Under the pieces are notes generated by a model. It was given only the letters and a program-made list of their open reading frames with translations, was not told the origin of the DNA and did not search any database. A stretch of 64,000 nt of DNA from Rebecca billardiae RCC1528 (Eukaryota; Protista; Haptophyta), in assembly GCA_965240325.2 (NCBI GenBank), contig OZ251225.1, positions 1,550,001-1,614,000 of the forward strand, written 5' to 3'. Shown piece by piece: positions 21,548 through 31,337 of the stretch. Position numbers and translations under genes: made by a program. Each line of letters begins with the position of its first letter. Position 1 is the first letter of the stretch.

Positions 21548-23517
21548 GGTTGTATAACCGCTCGGTTATGCGGGTATAACTCACCGGTAGCCCCCATGAG
21601 GGCGGGCTGGCAGCCAGGGTCCGGCTGCCTGGAGGTTTTCCGGTCGTCAAGCCGAGCCAGGCCCGGATTGGGCGCGGGTCTGGATTTGCTCAGCAGCTGC
21701 TCGGCAAGCGATGCGCGTCTGGGTGCGGCCGCGCTCGCTGGCTGCACCCGCGGCGCTGCGGCCGGCGTGGCTGCTCTGGTCACCGCTGCGCTGGTGGCTG
21801 CTCCTCCTCTGGGAGTTGTTTCTTCCAGGTGCGTGTGCGTCGGCGGTAGGCCGCCCTCAGCCCTCGCTCTCTCCACTCGTGCACCTGCCCTGCTTGCTCT
21901 CTGCTTTCGATGGGGGCGCCTCGGAGCCGCTTCGAGGCGTCCCCGTCTGCAATCTTCTCATGCTCTATCTGCTTTCGATGGGGGCGCCTCGGAACCGCTT
22001 CGAGGCGTCCCCGTCTGCAATCTATCTTCTCATGCTCTGCTTTCGATGGGGGTGCCTCGGAACCGCTTCGAGGCGTCCCCGTCTGCAATCTTCTCATGCT
22101 CTGCTTTCGATGGGGGCGCCTCGGAACCGCTTCGAGGCGTCCCCGTCTGCAATCTTCTCATGCTCTGCTTTCGATGGGGGCGCCTGGGAACCGCTCCCAG
22201 GCGTCCCCGTCTGCAATCTTCTCACGCTTCGCAGTCTCGCTTGCCTTCATCGCCTGGCGGGTGGGTGCTGCTCTCTCCTTCTCTGCCGCCTCCTCTGCAG
22301 TCTGCCGTGCACTGCTGTGTGTGGGATGCGACCTGCTACCTTATCTGACGCTACGCGTGCGTGTCTCGCGCCTGCTCCCCGCCTGCGCCGCCGCCGCCGC
22401 GCATGTCTTCGTGCCCACTGTCGCATGCCGTCTGGATCGTCCTTACTCATACAACCCTGCGGGGAGCCCCTCTGGGCCTCTGCCGCCTTCGGTCCTCGCG
22501 CTACCCCTTCGGCGGCCTCGGCCTCTTCGGGCCCCCGGCCACCACCCCTGCGGGGTGTGGCATTCCACACCTCCTTCTGGGTGGAGGCCCTCGAGGCCTC
22601 TGCCTCCTGGGGCGCCGCGCTCTGCCCAAACTTGCGTTGGGGGGGGGGGGCGTCGGCTGCCAGCGCCTGCGGTCTACGTGCTCCATCGAGTACTTCCTCT
22701 TCGGCGTCTAGGCGGTCATCGGCTTCTGTCGGCGTAGTTGCTCGAATGCATCGGCGAGTCCTTCCTGGTCGGCGTCGCATCCTGGACGGCTTCGGGGGTG
22801 TGACCTAGTCACCTCACGCGTTTATCAACGCGGCCCCCACCTCAATCTACTCTCATGTGGGTCTACCGAGTGAGTTATGGTTGTATAACCGCTCGGTTAT
22901 GCGGGTATAACTCACCGGTAGCCCTCATGAGGGCGGGCTGGCAGCCAGGGTCCGGCTGCCTGGAGGTTTTCCGGTCGTCAAGCCGAGCCAGGCCCGGATT
23001 GGGCGCGGGTCTGGATTTGCTCAGCAGCTGCTCGGCAAGCGATGCGCGTCTGGGTGCGGCCGCGCTCGCTGGCTGCACCCGCGGCGCTGCGGCCGGCGTG
23101 GCTGCTCTGGTCACCGCTGCGCTGGTGGCTGCTCCTCCTCTGGGAGTTGTTTCTCCCTGCCCTCCCACCCTGCTGGTTGCTGGGTGGGCATGGCCTTGGG
23201 TGCGCGCGGTGTCGGGGGGGTGGAGGCCCTCGAGGCCTCTGCCTCCTGGGGCGCCGCGCTCTGCCCAAACTTGCGTTGGGGGGGGGGGGCGTCGGCTGCC
23301 AGCGCCTGCGGTCTACGTGCTCCATCGAGTACTTCCTCTTCGGCGTCTAGGCGGTCATCGGCTTCTGTCGGCGTAGTTGCTCGAATGCATCGGCGAGTCC
23401 TTCCTGGTCGGCGTCGCATCCTGGACGGCTTCGGGGGTGTGACCTAGTCACCTCACGCGTTTATCAACGCGGCCCCCACCTCAATCTACTCTCATGTGGG
23501 TCTACCGAGTGAGTTAT
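21548..23517 (+). mobile_element. Non-autonomous tyrosine-recombinase retrotransposon (TOC1/PAT/Ngaro-like split direct repeats)
   Basis: A1 21548-21823, B1 22579-22878, A2 22879-23154, 63-bp unique, B2 23218-23517; no TSD; internal tandem repeats. Confidence 0.85.
21894..22224 (+). repeat. Tandem repeat, 5 x 64-68 bp, inside the TOC1-like element
   Basis: GCTTTCGATGGGGG at 21903, 21971, 22039, 22103 and 22167. Confidence 0.9.
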
Positions 23518-25017
23518 AGTAAACTGTACCAGCCAGATCCGGTGGACTGGCGCGGGCCGGGCGGACGCACGTGTGCGGCACCGGAAGCCCTCTCTGCAGC
23601 TCGTCACCAGGCGCGCCCGTCCTGGGTGACGCAGCCGGGCGACGCGCGCGCCAGCCGGTGCGCTGCGCACAAGCTGGCCGGCATGGTCGACGTGAAGCGC
23701 CCCAAGTGTGATCACACCGGCTGCACCACGCGGCCTTACTTCGGCATGCCGGGCGACGCGCGCGCCAGCCGGTGCGCTACGCACAAGCTGGCCGGCATGG
23801 TCGACGTGAAGCGCCCCAAGTGTGATCACACCGGCTGCACCACGCGGCCTTCGTTCGGCATGCCGGGCGACGCGCGCGCCAGCCGGTGCGCTACGCACAA
23901 GTTGGCCGGTATGGTTGACGTGAAGAGCCCCAAGTGTGATCACACTGGCTGCACCACGCGGCCTTACTTCGGCATGCCGGGCGACGCGCGCGCCAGCCGG
24001 TGCGCTACGCACAAGCTGGCCGGTATGGTGAGGAGCCCCAAGTGTGATCAGACCGGCTGCACCAAGGTGCCGTACTTCGGCATGCCGGGCGAGCGGCGCG
24101 CCAGCCGGTGCGCTACGCACAAGCTGGCCGGCATGGTTGACGTGAAGAGCCCCAAGTGTGATCACACCGGCTGCACCACGAGGCCTTCGTTCGGCATGCC
24201 GGGCGACGCGCGCGCCAGCCGGTGCGCTACGCACAAGCTGGCCGGCATGGTCGACGTGAGCCACCCCAAGTGTGGTCACACCGGCTGCACCAAGCAGCCT
24301 TACTTTGGCATGCCGGGCGAGCGGCGCGCCAGCCGGTGCGCTACGCACAAGCTGGCCGGCATGGTCAACGTGGTGAGACCCGAATGTGATCACGTGGGCT
24401 GCACCACGCAGCCTTCGTTCGGCATGCCGGGCGACGCGCGCGCCAGCCGGTGCGCTACGCACAAGCTGGCCGGCATGGTCGACGTGAAGAGCCCCAAGTG
24501 TGGTCACGCGGGCTGCACCAAGGGGCCTTACTTCGGCATGCCGGGCGAGCGGCGCGCCAGCTGGTGCGCTACGCACAAGCTGGCCGGCATGGTCAACGTG
24601 GTGAGCCCCGAATGTGATCACGTGGGCTGCACCACGCAGCCTTCGTTCGGCATGCCGGGCGACGCGCGCGCCAGCCGGTGCGCTACGCACAAGCTGGCCG
24701 GCATGGTTAACACTCAGATCGCCGTCCCCAAGCGCAGGCTGGAGCATAGCACCAGCGACCACGGCACGCGCGCAGCGAAGCGACGGCACAAACCCACCAG
24801 CCACCTCGTCACTGTACTGGACGCCGCCCCGCAGCTGCCCCAACCACCGCCGCCGCTGGTCGGGACACTCGAGGGAGGCAACGGGGCGGATTGCCGAACG
24901 CCGCCACACGGTGACACTGAAGATGGGTCTGACCATTGGACGGTGATGGCATCCGATCTGTCATTCTCGTCCGACGATGATAAATTCGGATGCATGACGA
25001 TGCTGATGCACTGCTGA
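23494..25017 (+). CDS. EsV-1-7 cysteine-rich repeat protein (~9.5 x 38-aa repeats)
   Basis: Tandem 114-bp units encoding C.H.GCT..P.FGMPG..RASRCATHKLAGMVDV, the EsV-1-7 consensus; 5' end abuts the TE so the native start is uncertain. Confidence 0.8.
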   Translation: MWVYRVSYSKLYQPDPVDWRGPGGRTCAAPEALSAARHQARPSWVTQPGDARASRCAAHKLAGMVDVKRPKCDHTGCTTRPYFGMPGDARASRCATHKLAGMVDVKRPKCDHTGCTTRPSFGMPGDARASRCATHKLAGMVDVKSPKCDHTGCTTRPYFGMPGDARASRCATHKLAGMVRSPKCDQTGCTKVPYFGMPGERRASRCATHKLAGMVDVKSPKCDHTGCTTRPSFGMPGDARASRCATHKLAGMVDVSHPKCGHTGCTKQPYFGMPGERRASRCATHKLAGMVNVVRPECDHVGCTTQPSFGMPGDARASRCATHKLAGMVDVKSPKCGHAGCTKGPYFGMPGERRASWCATHKLAGMVNVVSPECDHVGCTTQPSFGMPGDARASRCATHKLAGMVNTQIAVPKRRLEHSTSDHGTRAAKRRHKPTSHLVTVLDAAPQLPQPPPPLVGTLEGGNGADCRTPPHGDTEDGSDHWTVMASDLSFSSDDDKFGCMTMLMHC

Positions 25018-25407
25018 TGATACGTGATGCATGCTGATGTATATATTGTATATAATATGCGCATGCGCTGAGCGGCTGCGCTGCTGGCAGCATCGTCGTC
25101 CGAATACTCACAGTCTACTCCTGGATCTCCTCGCTCCAATGATGGCGCACGCCCCCCCGAAAGGTCTGAGCGTGAGCGAAAGCCGGGCGAAGCTGTACGC
25201 GATGAACAGGTAGTAGCGCTTCAACCAGCAGAGGGCCAGCTCTGCTGCGGAGGCGCGGGGTACCGCGAGGCAAGCGGCTGCAGCACGCGCGTCCGATATG
25301 ATGGTGCGTTGACGTCGCGAAAACAGCCAGCAACTGTTTCGCCCAGTATGTAGTACGATGCGCTAGCGGACAAAGTCGATCGGCTGGTAGTATGACCACG
25401 TACTAAT

Positions 25408-27162
25408 GGCCCGCGGTGCAGGGCGGAGCGCGCAGCGTGGAGCCCGCTCCGTGGGCCCTAACCACGTTTCAAAAAGATCTTTGATCAAAGAAAAAAGGGA
25501 TGGGCTGCCATGGGGGACGATTTTCAGGGCTGGAGGAGACCGAGTTTCGAATGTTGAGACCGCAAGAGACATCCATTGCAGCGAGAAATGGACGCGTCCG
25601 CTCTTTTGATAGTCAGAGGAATCAACGAAACCCACGTCCAAGTGTGCGAGGGTGGGTAATTGTGGGTAGACTGTGACCATAGTAAATAAGCGCACATGAC
25701 GATAGTAAAACAAGCATAGTCAGTTGACAGGCCTCGCTGCCGCTACTAGGCGCGCGCCAGACACGGAGCGCGCGCACCAGTTGCGTCGCGCTGCGCACGG
25801 AGCATGCGCGACGAGATCGCGGCGGGGGCGGCGAGATCGCGGCGGGGGCGACGGGCAACAGCCTGCCCGCGGGCGCGTTCGTCACTCGAGGAGCAGCGCG
25901 CAAGGGCGAGCCGAGTCCGGAGCACGCGAGCTCGTCGCTCGCCGCCCGGAGCAGAGCGACCGCCGAGCGAGCGGCGACGGCAGAGCTGATGAGCCGGATG
26001 CGCCCGGAGCTCGCGCGGCTGAAGGGCGAGCTCAAGCACGCGAGCTCGCGCCTCGACGCTGAGCGCGAGCTCCTCCTCAACTCGGTCGACGGCGGCGCGG
26101 AGGTGCAGCAGCGTGAGGACGAGCAGGAGCATCAGTGAAACGCGCGCCGGTTCCGGCCCGGGCGGGGTCGCGCAGCGGCGCCCAGCTGCCTGCACGCGAG
26201 CGGCGGCCACGTGGCGCGAGGAGCTGCGTGGGGAAATCGCCGCGCGCGTCGACGCGGCGATCACCGGGCTGCAGGCCTCGGCAATCGACGCGGTGCGCAC
26301 CCTCGCCGCCAGCCGCGACGACTCCGCCGTCGAGCTGCAGCAGCTGCGCGCGCAGATGCCAGAAGTGCCGATGGGCGGCGGCGTTACCCGCGGCGTATCA
26401 GCAGGCTGACGTGCACGAGCACGTGACACGCGGAGGCGCTACGCGCCAAGCTGGCGAAGTGCGGCGCCGAGCTCGACGAGCTGAGCGACGCGGCAACGAA
26501 CGCGCTGGGCGCCCGCGCTGCCATCGTCGCGGCGCCCTCCAGCAGCTCGAGCAGCTGTGGATAGATGGCTGTCGAGGCGACCGCGGGTGTGACTCACAGT
26601 GTGAGTGAGTCGCGCGCGGCTCAGCCTGCCGCTGGCAGCCGCCGTCTTCGAGGCCGACGCGGCGGAGGAGGCGGCGGGCGAGCACGGCGGCGCGGTGGAG
26701 CAGGCGCGCACGCGCGGCGGCAGGCGCGACGCGCCGCTCGCCTCGTTCCACAGCCCCGAGCTCCGCTCGGTCGGTCTCGGTGCGAGGCTGCGCAGCCGGC
26801 AGGCCGGGGCCAGCAGTGGCGCGCGCTCTCGCTCTGCCGGCACGAGCGACCAGCGGCCCGTCGTCGAGCGCATGGCGCAGGGCGAGTACCTCAAGCAGGT
26901 GCGCCCGCTCGCGCGCACGCGCCGGCTCGCGCCGCGCCAGCGCCTCTCGCCCTGCCTGCGCGCGCGCGCCGGCCGCTAGTCCCCGCGGCGGCCCGCGGCG
27001 ACAGTCCTCGGCCCGCCGGCCCGGTGGGCGGCAGTGACTGAGTTGGCGGTGGCAGCTCAGGCGAACTGTTACACATGTCAGACTGAGACAGCAGCCGACG
27101 GAGGGTGCACCGCGGGCCCCGAACTACGTTCGTTCTACGGAAAAAGACCGCGGAACGCGGTC
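25408..27162 (+). mobile_element. Non-autonomous AT-flanked TIR element, copy 3
   Basis: Same ends as copies 1 and 2; interior ~26440-27010 is homologous to ~3460-3870 (decayed coiled-coil-like coding sequence). Confidence 0.75.
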
Positions 27163-27221
27163 ATACTTCTCGCCGGCGGACACAATCCGCAATCGATTAT
27201 ATTGTGCCAATAACACTGTCA

Positions 27222-27225
<4 letters not shown>

Positions 27226-27315
<90 letters not shown>

Positions 27316-27509
27316 ACGACGTGGTATGCAACGGGCAAGCGTCAGGCTCAGAGTGCAGCAGACACATATCAGAATGCGTCCGCGCCTTCCAACCAGGTCA
27401 GGCAGTGCGCCACCCGCAGCCCTGCCCCCCTATGGGAGCGGGGCCGGGATGCCCGGATGGAGCACCGCCTCGGCCTGGGGCACGCCGCGGCTGCCCGCGG
27501 CCGAGCGCC

Positions 27510-27559
<50 letters not shown>

Positions 27560-27584
27560 ATACACACACACACACACACACTCA

Positions 27585-27658
<74 letters not shown>

Positions 27659-27678
27659 CACATATATATATATATATT
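27226..27678. repeat. Compound microsatellite (CT)n-[type A repeat 27313-27516]-(CT)n(CA)n(TA)n
   Basis: Direct reading. Confidence 0.9.
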
Positions 27679-28036
27679 TGTGGCTCATCATCATCGATCT
27701 CCGATCAGCCGATCAGCAGGGCCAGGCAGACGACCGCCAGCAGGCTCATCTGTCATCATGCATCAATAAGACTACGCATATCATCATCAGCTGCAGCATC
27801 ACGCCCCATCACGCTGATCGCAGCGCAGCAATAACTATGCTGATGACGAGAGAGAGACGAGAGAGAGACTACGGCCCGGCGGTCGTCCTCTGAGGAACGG
27901 CAGCAACCTGGGAGCAGCGGCGTGACCAGCAGGAAGCGTGGCACTGGCAGTGGGTTGGCAGGCCGCCCGACGATGCAAACGACGACGCCAACTACCGCGG
28001 CCAAAGAATCCGCGCAACCACCGCCAGCGTGATGCA

Positions 28037-31000
28037 CTACCGGCTGGCACCCCGCCCACGCCCGCCGCCACGCCCGCCGCCGCCACGCCCGCCACCGCCA
28101 CGCCCGCCACCGCCACCACGGACACCGCCACCGCCGCCACGCCCGCCACCGCCGCCGCGCCCGCCGCCGCCGCGCCCACCACCGCCGCCACGGCCGGCGC
28201 CGCCACGCCCGCCGCCGCCGCCGCGCCCGCCGCCGCCACGCCCGCCGCCGCCGCGCCCGCCGCCGCGCGCCTTGCGCATGTGGAAGAGCGACTTCTTCTT
28301 CGCCGCGAGCTTGCGCTCCTTGGCGATCTTGGCGAGCGGCTTGATCTCCGACTTGACGCCCGAGTTCGCCACCGGCGCCTTGTACCAGCGCCGGCCCTGC
28401 ACGCCGACGCGCGGCCGCTCGCCCGCGCCCGACACGTCTTCGTCCTCGCCCGGCGCCTGGATGCGCCGGTGCTCCTTCTTGACCCACGTGCCGTACAGCT
28501 CGCCCGGCTTGCGCTTGCTCTTCGCGACCGGCGCGCCGCCCTTCCCGCGCTTCGCCGCCGGGCGCTCGGACAGCAGGTCGGCCATCCCCACGTGCTCGCG
28601 CACGTACTTCTTCTTGCGCACGTCCCAGCGCGTGAGAGCGCGCTTCTTCGAGATGCCGGCGCGCTCGTCGTCGACGAGGTCCATCACGGCGGAGGCGAGC
28701 TGGCTCTCGCGCTCGTCCGCGTGCACGCCGAGCGCGTCGCCCGGCTCGGGCGCGTCCGCCGCGCGCGTGTGCGGGATGAAGAACTCCGGATCGCGGAAGC
28801 CGTCCTCGGTGCGAGCCTTGCGCTTGGCGGCGGCGGCGGGCCGGCTGCGTGGCGGCGCGGCGGGCTCGGCCGCACGCGCCGCGGGAGCAGCGCGCCTCGC
28901 CGCCGCCGCGCTCGCGGACGCGGCCTCGGCCTCGCCGCCGCCGCCCCCGCCCTCGCCCTCACCCTCAGCCGCGGCGTTGCCGCCGCCGCGCAGCGCGCCG
29001 GCCGCGGCCGCGTTCGCGCTGCGCTCGCGCGCGCGCGCGCGCGCCGAGTTTGCCCGACGGATGTGCTCGGCTGCGCGCGCGTGTTGCACCGCCGCCTTCT
29101 CCGCCGCGGGCGTCGACGCCGCGTTGGGCGCGCCGAGCCGCGCGTTCGCGTCGATGATCGACGACGGCGGGCGGAACGACGAGATGCGTGACATGAACGC
29201 GTCGCGAGCGCCCTCGGTCCGCGCGTCGACGAGCGAGCGGAGTGCCTGCGCCGCACAGCCGGCAAGCGTGGCGCGCGGCGCGGCGGCGCGCGGCGCGGCG
29301 GCGCGCGGCGCGGCGGGGCGCGCGGTGAGCGTGCGGCACGGGCGGCGCGTGGCAGCCCGCGCGCCCCGCGCCACGCCCGGCCCCACGCCGCTGCGCTCGC
29401 GCCCGCCGAGCCCGGGCGCGCCGCGCAGCGCGCGGGAAGCGGCGGCGGGCGCGGCAGGGCGGGCGCGGCAGGGCGGGCGCGGCAGGGCGGGAGGGGCTGA
29501 CTGACTCACCGGGCGAATCGCGCGCGTGGCGGGCGCGAGTAGCTTGGCGCGCGCGACCGAGGCGGGCGAGGCGGAGGCGCGCGTCTTCTGGTACAGGGCG
29601 TACGCGTTGGTGGAGTGGCGGAGGAACGCCTCGAGCTCGTCGTCCTCCTCCACCATGTTGTGCACCGCCTCCACCTCGAGCGCGAGCACGCTCTTTGGGA
29701 AGCAGCCGACATGCGCAACGCGCGGGTCGAGGGCGGGCAGCGTCGGCTCGGGGTCGGCCGCGCCCTCGGCCGGGAGGAGCTGCCGGCCGAGCACGAGCTG
29801 CAGGTCGACGAGGTACGGCAGCTCGTCGGGCTGCACCAGCGAGTACGCCGTGCCCGTGCGCCCCGCGCGCGCCGTGCGCCCCGCGCGGTGCACGAACAGC
29901 TTGGGCTTGGGCGGGAAGTCGTAATTGATGACGACGTCCAGCATCGGGATGTCTATGCCGCGCGCCGCCACGTCCGTGACGACGAGCGCGCGGCACTTGG
30001 CCGCGCGGAACTTGGCGAGGTTGATCTTGCGCGCGGTCGGGTCCATCGTGCCGTACACCGCCGCCGTGCTCACCCCCGAGCGCCGCAGCAGCTCGCTGAC
30101 GAACTCGACGTGGTGGCGCGTCGCGACAAAGACGACCGCCTGCTCCTCCGGCCCCAGCACGCGCGCCATCAGCACGAGCAGCGCGGCGGGCTTCTCGGCG
30201 GGGCGCGCGGCGAAGAAGGCGAGGGCGAGGGCGTCGGAGATGGTGCGTTCCACGTCGAGCCGCACCACCTGCGGCTCGCGCAGCCCCGCGCGCGCGAACT
30301 CGGCGAGCAAGGCGGGCATGGTCGCGGAGACGAGAACCGTCTGCCGTCCTTCCGGCATGCGGCGCAGCACCTCGTGCAGCTGCGCGGCAAAGCCGAGCTC
30401 GAAGAGGCGGTCGGCCTCGTCGAAGACGACGTACTCGCACCGCGCGAGGCTGAGCCCCGCCTCGATCAGGTGGTGCATCAGCCGCCCCGGCGTCGCGATG
30501 ATCACGTCCGGGTTGCGCGCGAGCAGGTCGAACTGGTCCTCGATCGAGTCCCCACCCACGAGCAGGCAGAGCTCGAGGTGCGGCGTGAGGAAGTGGCCGA
30601 GCTCCTTGGCGAACTTGAGGGTCTGCACGGCGAGCTCGCGCGTCGGCGAGAGCACCACCGCGCGCACGCCCACCGTCGTCGCGTGCGCCTTCAGCCGCTC
30701 GAGCATCGGCACGAGGAAGGCGGCGGTCTTGCCCGAGCCCGTGCGCGCCATCGCGACCGCGTCGCGGCCCGACATGATGAGCGGGATCGCCTTGCGCTGG
30801 ATGGGCGTGGGCGTGCGGTAGCCTTTACGCATCAGCGCCTTGAACACGGGCTGGGACAGCTCCATCGCGTGGAAGCCCGTGAGCTTCTTCCGCCGCTTGC
30901 CCGCGCCGCCGACGCCGTCGTCGTCAGCATCGTCCGCCAAGGCGCCAAAGTCGAGGGTGCCGTCGGCCGCCGCGTTCAGGTCTGCCGGCTCGCTCCCATC

Positions 31001-31120
31001 GTCAGACCAGTCCTCTGCCTCCGCCTCCGCCTCCGCCTCCGCCTCCTCCTCGCTCCCGTCCAAAGCGTCCGACCCATCGTCGTCCTCGGAGGATTCGTGG
31101 CCACGCGCGCGGGCCTTCAT
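28037..31120 (-). CDS. DBP10: DEAD-box RNA helicase DBP10/DDX54; intron 29246-29509
   Basis: PTPIQRK, AMARTGSGKT, SPTRELA, DEAD, SAT, ARGID, HRAGRTARAG; C-terminal RWD.RKKKYV and RGG tail; GTGAG..CAG intron. Confidence 0.93.
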   Translation of the reverse strand: MKARARGHESSEDDDGSDALDGSEEEAEAEAEAEAEDWSDDGSEPADLNAAADGTLDFGALADDADDDGVGGAGKRRKKLTGFHAMELSQPVFKALMRKGYRTPTPIQRKAIPLIMSGRDAVAMARTGSGKTAAFLVPMLERLKAHATTVGVRAVVLSPTRELAVQTLKFAKELGHFLTPHLELCLLVGGDSIEDQFDLLARNPDVIIATPGRLMHHLIEAGLSLARCEYVVFDEADRLFELGFAAQLHEVLRRMPEGRQTVLVSATMPALLAEFARAGLREPQVVRLDVERTISDALALAFFAARPAEKPAALLVLMARVLGPEEQAVVFVATRHHVEFVSELLRRSGVSTAAVYGTMDPTARKINLAKFRAAKCRALVVTDVAARGIDIPMLDVVINYDFPPKPKLFVHRAGRTARAGRTGTAYSLVQPDELPYLVDLQLVLGRQLLPAEGAADPEPTLPALDPRVAHVGCFPKSVLALEVEAVHNMVEEDDELEAFLRHSTNAYALYQKTRASASPASVARAKLLAPATRAIRPVSQSAPPALPRPPCRARPAAPAAASRALRGAPGLGGRERSGVGPGVARGARAATRRPCRTLTARPAAPRAAAPRAAAPRATLAGCAAQALRSLVDARTEGARDAFMSRISSFRPPSSIIDANARLGAPNAASTPAAEKAAVQHARAAEHIRRANSARARARERSANAAAAGALRGGGNAAAEGEGEGGGGGGEAEAASASAAAARRAAPAARAAEPAAPPRSRPAAAAKRKARTEDGFRDPEFFIPHTRAADAPEPGDALGVHADERESQLASAVMDLVDDERAGISKKRALTRWDVRKKKYVREHVGMADLLSERPAAKRGKGGAPVAKSKRKPGELYGTWVKKEHRRIQAPGEDEDVSGAGERPRVGVQGRRWYKAPVANSGVKSEIKPLAKIAKERKLAAKKKSLFHMRKARGGGRGGGGRGGGGRGGGGGRGGAGRGGGGGRGGGGRGGGGGRGGGGGVRGGGGGRGGGGRGGGGRGGGRGRGASR

Positions 31121-31337
31121 GCTGGCGAGCGGGACCCACGTCCACTGCCGCCACGCGCTGCTCCGGACCGCGCGCGGCAGTTGGAAAGTCCGGGCTCGCT
31201 GGCGGGGGCCTGACTCTCAACTCGTCGTACCTCGCCAGCGCGGGCGCGGAAGCGCTGCTGCCCGGTTGACAGCGGTCGTGCAGACACCTTCGAGACACAA
31301 GCAGACGCGCACGGCCTCCAACCACGGCGTCGGCGTC
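31121..31337. promoter_or_regulatory. Probable bidirectional promoter between divergent DBP10 and DSK2
   Basis: Only 217 bp between the two divergent ATGs. Confidence 0.5.
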
